Shown: in pieces, positions 1 to 7,191 of the stretch | Numbering within the stretch: the first letter of the stretch is position 1 | Layout: each line of letters opens with the position of its first letter | Source: Candidatus Methylomirabilia bacterium | Lineage (GTDB): Bacteria > Methylomirabilota > Methylomirabilia > Rokubacteriales > CSP1-6 | Reading direction: 5' to 3' | DNA: 21,035 bases | NCBI GenBank assembly: GCA_041492755.1 | Contig: JBGPXN010000076.1 | Span: 1 to 21,035 of the forward strand | The notes under the pieces: model-generated | Seen by the model: the letters and a program-made list of their open reading frames with translations, nothing else | Told to the model about the DNA's origin: nothing | Database searches by the model: none | Made by a program: the position numbers and the translations under genes

Positions 1-369
1 ATGCATCACGCACGGCCGGAGACCGCCGGCGATGAAGGCCAGATGCGAGTCGCCGTTTCGCGGCTCCACGGCCCGCTGGGCGGCGTCGAGGTCCTGCCGG
101 CGCTCGAGCCGGTCGTGGGCGTAGCCGGCGCGCTCGGGAAAAACCCGGCGCAGGGCTTCCATGTACGTCGAGACCTGCCCCGGGCCCAGACGCGCGGTCA
201 GGCTGCGATCCAGGAAGCCGGCCGTGGTGTGCGCCGACCAGCACAGCCAGCGCGGATACGGCGCCAGCGCCTCGCGATGCTCAGCCGAGAAGTGGGACCG
301 CAGATCGAGCACGTCGAAGCGCGCTTCGGGAGAAAGCTCGATGGTCAGATCGAGCGGATCGCTACCCAT
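1..369 (-). CDS. YjbQ/UPF0047-like protein, 5' part (runs off the left edge; not in ORF track)
   Basis: Hand translation from ATG 369: MGSDPLDLTIELSPEARFDVLDLRSHF...SAHTTAGFLD...FPERAGYAHD...EPRNGDSHLAFIAGG..., with no stop to base 1. HTTA, P-x4-Y-x-H and N-x-D-S-H match YjbQ-family motifs. GAGGAGG RBS upstream; 39 bp downstream of the desaturase stop. Confidence 0.7.
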   Translation of the reverse strand, partial: MGSDPLDLTIELSPEARFDVLDLRSHFSAEHREALAPYPRWLCWSAHTTAGFLDRSLTARLGPGQVSTYMEALRRVFPERAGYAHDRLERRQDLDAAQRAVEPRNGDSHLAFIAGGLRPCVMH

Positions 370-408
370 CGTCCGTGCCTCCTCGAGGGGGTGTAACGCG
401 GAGGCCGA

Positions 409-1149
409 CTAGCGCGTCGGACGCGCGTCCGGCGGCGCGCTCACGACGACGACGAGTCTCAGCGCGGTCAGCACCCGTATCGCGACCCACGAGGGATCGA
501 GCTCCGACGATCGCAGGCTGAACTTGGGCGAGCGCGGAAAGGCGTGATGGTTGTTGTGCAAGCTCTCGCCCGCGGTCAGCCAGGCGAGCACCCGCGAGTT
601 GTAGGCGGTGTTCTCGAAGTTCTGGCCGCCCCGCCAGTGCCCCAACCCGTTGATCAGGGGAGCGACCACGAACACGTACAGGATCCCGTTGCCGATCATA
701 GCGAGCACCCCTTGCCACCAGCCGATGGCCAGGCCCAGCAGGGCCATGCCAAGCCCCAGCCCGGTGAACCCCCAGGAGAAGGCGTAGCGATCCCAACGGT
801 CTGGCTCGAGGTCGGGAGCGTATTTTCGCAGGGTTTCCGGGTTCCGGGCCTCCCGGACGTAGTAGTACACGTTCCCGAGCTGCACGCTCCAGAAGCCCAG
901 CAGCCGCGGACTGTGGGGGTCGCCCTCGCGATCGGTGAACGTGTGATGCTTGCGGTGGACCGCCACCCACTGCTGCCGGTTCTGACCGGTCACCAGCCAT
1001 ACCACCACGCGGAACAGGAAGGCCACGCTCGGGCGCAGGGCCAGCGATCGGTGCGCCAGCGCGCGGTGGAGGTAGATCGAACTGGCGAAGGTGGCGATCT
1101 GGGCCAGCACGAACGATGCGATCGAGATGATCAGGATCTGACGAATCAC
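409..1149 (-). CDS. Membrane fatty-acid desaturase (Delta9/OLE1/DesA-like di-iron His-box enzyme)
   Basis: Three His boxes: HRALAH, HRKHH and HNNHH, plus GDPHSP, INGLGH and GESLHNNHH motifs and hydrophobic segments. GTG start with a GGAAAGGAAG purine-rich RBS. Confidence 0.92.
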   Translation of the reverse strand: MIRQILIISIASFVLAQIATFASSIYLHRALAHRSLALRPSVAFLFRVVVWLVTGQNRQQWVAVHRKHHTFTDREGDPHSPRLLGFWSVQLGNVYYYVREARNPETLRKYAPDLEPDRWDRYAFSWGFTGLGLGMALLGLAIGWWQGVLAMIGNGILYVFVVAPLINGLGHWRGGQNFENTAYNSRVLAWLTAGESLHNNHHAFPRSPKFSLRSSELDPSWVAIRVLTALRLVVVVSAPPDARPTR

Positions 1150-1189
1150 GTCGTCTTCCTTTCCGACCTGTCTGTCGTCACTGCGGTGC

Positions 1190-2083
1190 TCACCGATACA
1201 GGTGCTCGCGGGTTCGCGGGGCGACTCCGGCCCCGGCGTCCCGGTGTTTTCGCATGAGAACCTGGTAGAGGCCGATCGATCCGCCTTCGAAGGACACCGC
1301 CGAGCAGGTGAGGTACAGCAGCCACGTCCGGTACGTGCGCTCCCCGGCCAGGGCGCGGGCCTCGTCGGCGCGCGCGCGCAGCCGCTCGACCCACTGGCGG
1401 CACGTCCGCGCGTAGTGCAGCCGCAGATCCTCGACGTCGATGATCTCCAACCCCGCGCGCTCCATCTCCGTCAGCGTCTCGCTGAGTCCGGCAAGGTCGC
1501 CGTTCGGAAACACGTGCCGGTACAGAAACTCGATCTGGCTGGTGCGCTTCCAGTGGAAGTCGTGGACGATCCCGTGGTTGAGGTAGAGGCCCCCGTTGCT
1601 GAGCCGGGCGCGCACCCCTCCGAAGAAGGCCGGGTAGTTCGGGACGCCAACGTGCTCGATCACCCCGACCGCGGCGATCTTGTCGTAGGAGGCGTTCGGA
1701 GGCAGGTCCCGGTAGTCCAGGTACTCGACCCGGCAACGATCGCCGAGCCGCTCGCGGTGGATGCGCTCGGCGGCGTAGGCGGCCTGGGCCCGCGACAGCG
1801 TCACGCCGTGGGCATGCACGCCGTAGTGCTGGGCCGCCCAGATGGCCAGGCTGCCCCAGCCGCACCCGATGTCGAGCAGCGTCTCCCCGCGGGCGAGCTC
1901 GAGCTTGCGACACACGTGGTCGAGCTTGTCCTGCTGGGCCTGTTCGAGCTTGCCGTCGGGATCCCGGTAGTACGCGCAGGTGTAGACCATCAGCGGATCG
2001 AGGAACAACGCGTAGAACTCGTTGGAGACGTCGTAGTGGTGGGCGATGGCCTGCGCGTCCGCGGCCGCGATGCGTGCCTTCAT
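1190..2083 (-). CDS. cfa: Cyclopropane-fatty-acyl-phospholipid synthase-family (CMAS) SAM methyltransferase, catalytic domain only, 297 aa
   Basis: Motifs IAHHYDVSNEFY, MVYTCAY, LEQAQQDK, LLDIGCGWG, GVTLS, VGVIEHVG, VFPNG and LRLHYART. Start placed at ATG 2083 (GGAGG RBS at 2091-2095; ATGA overlap with the upstream stop) rather than 2215. Confidence 0.9.
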   Translation of the reverse strand: MKARIAAADAQAIAHHYDVSNEFYALFLDPLMVYTCAYYRDPDGKLEQAQQDKLDHVCRKLELARGETLLDIGCGWGSLAIWAAQHYGVHAHGVTLSRAQAAYAAERIHRERLGDRCRVEYLDYRDLPPNASYDKIAAVGVIEHVGVPNYPAFFGGVRARLSNGGLYLNHGIVHDFHWKRTSQIEFLYRHVFPNGDLAGLSETLTEMERAGLEIIDVEDLRLHYARTCRQWVERLRARADEARALAGERTYRTWLLYLTCSAVSFEGGSIGLYQVLMRKHRDAGAGVAPRTREHLYR

Positions 2084-3207
2084 GATGCCACCTCCCGCAT
2101 CCCGAAGATGCGCCCGAGGACGACGTGCCGCCGCGTGGCCCCCGCTCGCAGCACGGCGCCGACCAGGCCACGCGCGAAGGCGTCGGGCACGCGGGCGAGC
2201 TGGCGGCCGAGCCATCCCTTTTCCCCCGATCCGTAGCGGCGAGCGATCTCACGGGCGTACGCGTCGAGCGCGGCGCCTCGCCGCAGGTGTGCCTCGACCG
2301 CTTCGGCGGCGAGGATTCCGCTCCGGATGGCCGGGCCGATGCCCTCGCCGCTGAGGTCCCGCGCCAATCCCGCGGCGTCGCCGACGAGGCAGAATCCCTC
2401 GCCCGAGAGCCGCCGTGGCGCCTGGCGGCGCACGACGTAGGCATGACCGCGAAACGGCTCGAGGGGGAGATCGGCGGGCACGTGGCCCGAGGCGCGCAGC
2501 GACTCGAGGAGCGCGTCTCTCCGCCGCGGCAGGTCCACGTCCGGTCCGCGCACACACCCGATTCCGACGTTGAGGACGTCGCCCTTGGGGAAGTACCAGC
2601 CGTAGCCCTTGAGGTCCGGCTCCACGTAGAGCGCCGGCGCCCGCCAGAATTCTCCGAGCGCCTCCACGCGATCCGGTGGGAGCCGGGTCTCGCTCTCCTG
2701 CGCGATCACGACTTCTTCCCCTTCGGAGACGTCCCCGAGCGCCTGGGCGACCGGACACCAATGGCCGCCGGCTCCGATGATGACAGGGGCCGTGAAGACA
2801 CCACGCTTGCTCACCACCCGCATCCCGCTCGCGTCCCGGGCCACCGCGGTCACGCGTGCGGCCTCGCGCACGTCGGCGCCGGCGGCGCGGGCACGCTCCA
2901 GGAGGTAGTGGTCGAACTCCCGCCGGACGATGCCGTAGCTGGCCGGACGGCGCCACCGCGTCTCGTGGCGTGCCCCGTCGAACTCGAACTGGCAGGCGGA
3001 GAACGCCTGGATCGTGAGCGGGTACTTCTCGGGATCGACCTCCGCGTCGGTCAGCGCCTCGGGGGTCACCCAGCCCGCGCAGACTTTGACGCGCGGGAAC
3101 GTGGCGCTGTCGAGGAGCAGCGGTCGCAAGCCGGCGCGGGCAAGCCGCCAGGCCGCGGTGCTCCCACCGGGTCCGCCCCCGATCACGATGACGTCGTGAT
3201 CGGCCAC
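2080..3207 (-). CDS. Geranylgeranyl-reductase-family NAD(P)/FAD-dependent oxidoreductase
   Basis: Motifs DVIVIGGGPGG (Rossmann fold), FPRVKVCAG, RREFDHYL, GYGWYFPKG and LVGDAAG...SGEGIGPAIRSG. GTG start 1 bp after the upstream stop. Confidence 0.88.
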   Translation of the reverse strand: MADHDVIVIGGGPGGSTAAWRLARAGLRPLLLDSATFPRVKVCAGWVTPEALTDAEVDPEKYPLTIQAFSACQFEFDGARHETRWRRPASYGIVRREFDHYLLERARAAGADVREAARVTAVARDASGMRVVSKRGVFTAPVIIGAGGHWCPVAQALGDVSEGEEVVIAQESETRLPPDRVEALGEFWRAPALYVEPDLKGYGWYFPKGDVLNVGIGCVRGPDVDLPRRRDALLESLRASGHVPADLPLEPFRGHAYVVRRQAPRRLSGEGFCLVGDAAGLARDLSGEGIGPAIRSGILAAEAVEAHLRRGAALDAYAREIARRYGSGEKGWLGRQLARVPDAFARGLVGAVLRAGATRRHVVLGRIFGMREVAS

Positions 3208-3208
3208 G

Positions 3209-3553
3209 TCAGCCTCGCCAGACCGCCACGAGGATCCGCATCCGCTCGGCGAACGACAGACGGATGTCCTCCATGGAATCTGCGATCGCCATGGCCGCGA
3301 ACAGGTCGCCCTCGATGTCGAGAGCGCCTTCCACGTAGGCCTCGGCGAAGTTGAGCGGGCTCGGATTGCGCATCAGACGGATGAACGTTTCCGGCTGGCC
3401 CACGACGGCCGTGCACACCGGCGTGCCGCCACCGAGCGTGACGCGCGTCCCGTCCCACAGGCGGAACGCGAAGCTGGTCGAAATGCCGCCAAAGATCCGG
3501 TGGAGAATCTCGACCGCGGTCACCGGGCTGACACGCCTGGGCAGGAGGATCAT
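3209..3553 (-). CDS. Stand-alone protein resembling the N-terminal (lipid-binding) domain of Cfa synthases, 114 aa
   Basis: FRLWDG and LNFAEAYVEGALDIEGDL resemble the N-terminus of long Cfa proteins. ATG 3553 is preceded by GGGGTG; alternative start at 3589. Confidence 0.75.
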   Translation of the reverse strand: MILLPRRVSPVTAVEILHRIFGGISTSFAFRLWDGTRVTLGGGTPVCTAVVGQPETFIRLMRNPSPLNFAEAYVEGALDIEGDLFAAMAIADSMEDIRLSFAERMRILVAVWRG

Positions 3554-3560
3554 GCGGCGC

Positions 3561-3602
3561 TCACCCCGCGGTGGACGGCGCACAAACATAGTCTCTCGGC
3601 AT
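3561..3602 (-). CDS. Putative 13-aa leader peptide MPRDYVCAPSTAG
   Basis: GGAGG (3610-3614) lies 7 nt before ATG 3602. The ORF stops at TGA 3561-3563, 7 nt before the next ATG at 3553. Confidence 0.4.
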   Translation of the reverse strand: MPRDYVCAPSTAG

Positions 3603-3606
3603 TCCA

Positions 3607-3792
3607 GGTCCTCCCTCGAAGACCGGTTTGGCTTGTGCGCCCGGGTCGGTCTCCTGGCTTCCGGATCGCCCTACTCCCCGCGCCTTCCCGGCTCGTCACC
3701 AGTGGCCATCTCGGGTTTCGTCCCCGGTTACAGTGACGGGGTCGCGGCGGATTTGCACCGCCTTCCCTGGGCCCGGTGGGCACCCTGGGCGC
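3607..3792 (-). promoter_or_regulatory. Cobalamin (B12) riboswitch with a kissing-loop hairpin containing the RBS
   Basis: Minus strand reads AGGGAA-GGCGGTGCAAATCCGCC-GCGACCCCGTC-ACTGTAA...GCCACTGG...CCGGGAAGGC...GATCCGGAAGCCAGGAGACC (B12 box). P1 is GCGCCCAGGGT/ACCCGGGCGC. The downstream hairpin GGTCTT-CGAGGG-AGGACC (3624-3607) contains the GGAGG. Confidence 0.95.
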
Positions 3793-3805
3793 CTGAAACG
3801 TGGCG

Positions 3806-3834
3806 AGAGTAGCAGAGTGCTCTGACTGCCGCAA
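3806..3834 (-). promoter_or_regulatory. Sigma70-type promoter of the riboswitch operon
   Basis: TTGCGG (3834-3829), 17-bp spacer, TACTCT (3811-3806) with an extended -10 TG. Predicted start site near 3799, just before riboswitch P1. Confidence 0.7.
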
Positions 3835-3854
3835 CTTCGACGGCGGCGCCAGCG

Positions 3855-5045
3855 CTACGAGTCGGTGGCGGTCCAGTCGTAGCGATCGATGGCGGACCAT
3901 GGCAGCACGACCGCGCTCGTCCGCTGCTGGCGAGTCGTCCCACCGTAGACGACCACCTGCCGCACCGCCGGCGCGCGGCGGTTCCGCTTCAGCAGGTCCG
4001 CGAACGCCGCCAGTCCGGCAAACATGTCGTCGACGACAGTCTGAGCGGACTTGGCCTCCACCGCGATGAGCGTGCGTCCGTTCTCGACCAGGAGATCGAC
4101 CTCCCGTCCCTTCCGATCGCGGAAGAAGGCGAGCCCACCACTCACGCCGGCGTGAAGACGAGTCTTCAGCACCTCCTCGACGACCCAGGTCTCGAAGATG
4201 GCGCCGCGCAACGGGTGTTCCCGGAGTTGCTCTGGGCCGCGGATGCCAAGGAGGTAGCAGAGCAATCCCGAATCGTAGAGGTGTAGCTTGGGCGTCTTCA
4301 CGAGTCGAGTGGTCAAGTTCGAATGGTAGGGTGCGAGACGAAGGGCGACGAAGCTTGCCTCCAGAACGGATATCCATGAGCGCGCCGTGACGTGGCTGAT
4401 GCCGCCGTCCGCCGCCAACCCCGAGGGGCTCAGGAGCTGCGCCGAGCGTCCCGCGCAGAGACGGACGAACGTCTGGAACGTGGTCAGGTCGCCCACGTTG
4501 AGGATCTGGCGCACGTCGCGCTCGACGTACGTCGCGACGTAGCTGGCTAGCCAGTCCGTTGGATCCAGATCGCGATCGTAGATCGCCGGATACCCGCCCT
4601 TCCAGAGGGCAGTCCAGAGATCGGCAGGCGGCGCCGGAAACTGCTTCACTTCGCCCCAGCTCAGCGGGAGCAGATGGAGCACCGCCGTTCGTCCGGCGAG
4701 CGACTGGCTGACCGAGCCCAGGAGGGTGAGGTTCGCGGATCCGGTCAGGATGAAGCGGCCAGGCTCGGGGCGGGTGTCGACCTCACCTTGCAAGTAGGAG
4801 AGCAGCTCCGGCACCCTCTGGATCTCGTCGAAGATGGCGCCGGCGCGGTGGTCTCCGAGGAAGCCTCTCGGATCGCTCCGAGCGTACTCGCGGATGTCCG
4901 GAGCTTCGAGCGAGACATAGGCCTTGTGGGGAAAGACAGTGCGGCAGAGCGTGGTCTTGCCGGACTGCCGGGGCCCCGTTACCGTCACCACCGGGAATTT
5001 TGCGGCGGCGGCGAGGAGGCGGGGGGTCAACGCCCGCGGCACCAT
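3855..5045 (-). CDS. AAA+ ATPase (AAA_14) with DUF4143 C-terminal HTH/PD-(D/E)xK-like region
   Basis: Walker A GPRQSGKT, Walker B IFDEIQ, ILTGS, SLAGR, GGYP, YVERDVR, PKLHLYDSGL, GAIFETWV, EVDLL...AVEAKS. Start 5045 (possibly leaderless) or 5054. Confidence 0.9.
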   Translation of the reverse strand: MVPRALTPRLLAAAAKFPVVTVTGPRQSGKTTLCRTVFPHKAYVSLEAPDIREYARSDPRGFLGDHRAGAIFDEIQRVPELLSYLQGEVDTRPEPGRFILTGSANLTLLGSVSQSLAGRTAVLHLLPLSWGEVKQFPAPPADLWTALWKGGYPAIYDRDLDPTDWLASYVATYVERDVRQILNVGDLTTFQTFVRLCAGRSAQLLSPSGLAADGGISHVTARSWISVLEASFVALRLAPYHSNLTTRLVKTPKLHLYDSGLLCYLLGIRGPEQLREHPLRGAIFETWVVEEVLKTRLHAGVSGGLAFFRDRKGREVDLLVENGRTLIAVEAKSAQTVVDDMFAGLAAFADLLKRNRRAPAVRQVVVYGGTTRQQRTSAVVLPWSAIDRYDWTATDS

Positions 5046-5070
5046 GCCGGCCATCGTACAGGCAGCCAGG

Positions 5071-5099
5071 GCTAATTGAAAGTTAGACTTTCAATTAGC
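5071..5099. promoter_or_regulatory. Perfect AT-rich inverted repeat, candidate operator
   Basis: GCTAATTGAAAGT-TAG-ACTTTCAATTAGC: 13-bp perfect arms and a 3-bp spacer. It overlaps the -35 position (TTTCAA, 5081-5076) of a TACGAT -10 (5058-5053). Confidence 0.65.
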
Positions 5100-5119
5100 A
5101 CCAGGCAGGGGGGCGGCTG

Positions 5120-7042
5120 CTACGCGTCGCGCTTGGGCTCCACGACCTCGAACATCAACGGGAAATCATCGAGCAGGCCAACGAGCTCCAGAACCTTGCT
5201 GGCATCGCCTTCGACGTGCACGAGGCCCCGCTGGACGGCGTCGGCGAACGGCACCTCGCGCAGGATCAGGCGGTTCAAGACCGCGCGGTCCAGCGTCACC
5301 ACGGCGTCCGCCAGGTCGCTCTGCCGGTCCGCGAGGTAGGTCAGCGCGCAGTTCTCGAGGTTGAGCGCGTAACGCTGGTCGAGATCCGGGAACACCCAGT
5401 TGATGACGATGCGCCGGCCCTCGGCCTTGTCGCCGTTAAGGCGGACGCCGAGAAAGTCGAAGAAGAGGTCGAGGCTCATGGCGCGCACGACGTCGGGGCT
5501 GATGGGCGCGCGCGCCGCGGGGCCGGGCTTGCCCTGGCGCAGCTCCAGGGCGCCGAGCAGGTAGGCGTTGCGCCAGGTGGCGGACTCCGCCGCGTAGCCG
5601 AGCTGCTCGAGGGCCTCGGCGCTGAGCTGGCGTGCGTCCATGTTCGACGGATCGGCGAACACCACGTGGGTCATGGCCTCGGCGACGAAGCGATACTCGC
5701 CCTTCGCGAAGTCCGCGCGCGCGCGAGCGATGGCGGCGGCGGCACCGCCCATGTACTCGACGTACTTCCGCCCGCGCTCGACCGGCGGCAGTGGGTTGAG
5801 ATTCGCGGGATTGGCGTCGTACCAGCCGATGTAGCGCTGATAGACCGACTTCGCGTTGTGGCTGAGCGTGCCGTAGTAGCCGCGCACGTGCCACGTCGCG
5901 CCGAGGCTCTTGGGCAGCGTGAGGCGCTCGGCGATCTCGGTGGCCTTGTAGCCGTGGTTCATGAGCCGCGCGGTCTGGTCGTGCAGATACTTGTAGAGAT
6001 CGCGCTGCTTGCCGAGGTAGTCGAGCACGCGCGCGTTGTCCCAGATGGGCCAGTGGTGCTGGGCGAAGACCACGTCGGTCTCGCGCCCGAAGCGATCTCG
6101 CGCCTCGTTGAGATATTTCGCCCACGCGTTGGCGTCGCGCGCCTGGGCGCCGCGGATGGGATAGATGTTGTGCAGGTTGTGGGTGGCGTTCTCGGCGAGG
6201 TTCAGCGCCCGCAGCGCCGGGTAGAACATGTGCATCTCGGCCGGCGCTTCCGTCTCCGGCGTGAGCTGAAACACCATCTCGATGCCGTCGATGCGATGCG
6301 TCTCGATCGGCGCCGTGATGAACCGCGTCGGCGGGATGAGGGTGACGGTGCCGCGCGAGGTGACCTTGCCCAGTCCCGCGTCCACCTGGCCGCGTGGGCC
6401 TTTGGGCAGGGTGGCGCCGAACTGGAACTGCGCGCGGCGGATCATCGCGGTGCCGGCGATCACGGTCTCCGAGACGATCTCCTGCATGAAGCGGTCGGGC
6501 GCCCAGACCTCGACGGTGCCCGCCCGCACGTCGGCCTCGTCGATGACGCCGCGCACGCCACCGTAGTGATCGGTGTGGCCGTGGGTGTAGATGACCGCGG
6601 TGATCGGTCGCCGTCCGCAGTGCTGCACGTACAGCTCGAGACCCGCCCGCGCCACCTCCGTCGAGATCAGCGGATCGATCACGATGAGCCCGTGATCACC
6701 CTCGATGAGCGTCATGTTGGAGATGTCGAAGCCGCGGATCTGATAGATGCGGTCGGTGACCTTGAAGAGACCGTGGTTCAGGTTGAGGCGGGCCTGGCGC
6801 CAGAGGCTCGGGTTCACCGTGGGTGGCGCCTGCTCGTCATGGAGGAACGCGTACTCGACGAGGCTCCAGACGATGCGGCCCTGGTCGTTCTTGATCTCGA
6901 CCTCGGGCAGCGTCGCCACGAAGCCCCGCCGGGCGTCCTCGAAGTCCTGGGTGTCGGCGAACGGCAGCGCGTCCAGCACGGCGCGGTTGAGCGCCCGCGT
7001 GACGGAACTGGCGTCCTTTGGACCCGACACCTCGCTGGTCAC
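5120..7042 (-). CDS. Alkyl/aryl sulfatase, SdsA1/BDS1/YjcS type (MBL fold + dimerisation + SCP2-like domain)
   Basis: Motifs DFEDARRGF, TVNPSLWRQA, YQIRGFDISN, YTHGHTDHYGG, TEAPAEM, HNIYPIRGAQARD, AQHHWP, YLHDQT, RGYYGT, GWYDANPANL and WRNAYL. No obvious signal peptide. Confidence 0.93.
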   Translation of the reverse strand: MTSEVSGPKDASSVTRALNRAVLDALPFADTQDFEDARRGFVATLPEVEIKNDQGRIVWSLVEYAFLHDEQAPPTVNPSLWRQARLNLNHGLFKVTDRIYQIRGFDISNMTLIEGDHGLIVIDPLISTEVARAGLELYVQHCGRRPITAVIYTHGHTDHYGGVRGVIDEADVRAGTVEVWAPDRFMQEIVSETVIAGTAMIRRAQFQFGATLPKGPRGQVDAGLGKVTSRGTVTLIPPTRFITAPIETHRIDGIEMVFQLTPETEAPAEMHMFYPALRALNLAENATHNLHNIYPIRGAQARDANAWAKYLNEARDRFGRETDVVFAQHHWPIWDNARVLDYLGKQRDLYKYLHDQTARLMNHGYKATEIAERLTLPKSLGATWHVRGYYGTLSHNAKSVYQRYIGWYDANPANLNPLPPVERGRKYVEYMGGAAAAIARARADFAKGEYRFVAEAMTHVVFADPSNMDARQLSAEALEQLGYAAESATWRNAYLLGALELRQGKPGPAARAPISPDVVRAMSLDLFFDFLGVRLNGDKAEGRRIVINWVFPDLDQRYALNLENCALTYLADRQSDLADAVVTLDRAVLNRLILREVPFADAVQRGLVHVEGDASKVLELVGLLDDFPLMFEVVEPKRDA

Positions 7043-7047
7043 GAGTT

Positions 7048-7183
7048 GAGCTTCACGTCCCTTCGAGCTTCAGCCTCTCGAGCTTCCGCTCGTTACTTGA
7101 CCTTCAGGTCCTCGCAAGCGATTTCCGACACGCTATCACGTCTCGGAAGATCAGGGCCGGTGGGCCATGATTTCTTCACGTCT
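7048..7183. repeat. Short degenerate direct repeats in the intergenic region
   Basis: GAGCTTC at 7048, 7065 and 7080, and GACCTTC at 7099. TCACGTCT at 7136 and 7176. Confidence 0.4.
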
Positions 7184-7191
7184 GGAGCGGG

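Noticed and set aside
1..396. Plus-strand 131-aa ORF in the track
   Set aside because: Antisense shadow of the minus-strand YjbQ-like gene, which has the RBS, motifs and operon context.
409..3553. Known furan fatty acid (UfaM/UfaD/UfaO) or ladderane cluster
   Set aside because: No DUF1365-type or radical SAM gene is visible, and the desaturase and reductase families differ from those pathways; genes beyond the left edge are unknown.
7048..7110. CRISPR-like array
   Set aside because: Repeats are only 7 bp with 8-12 bp between them, and there are no cas genes.
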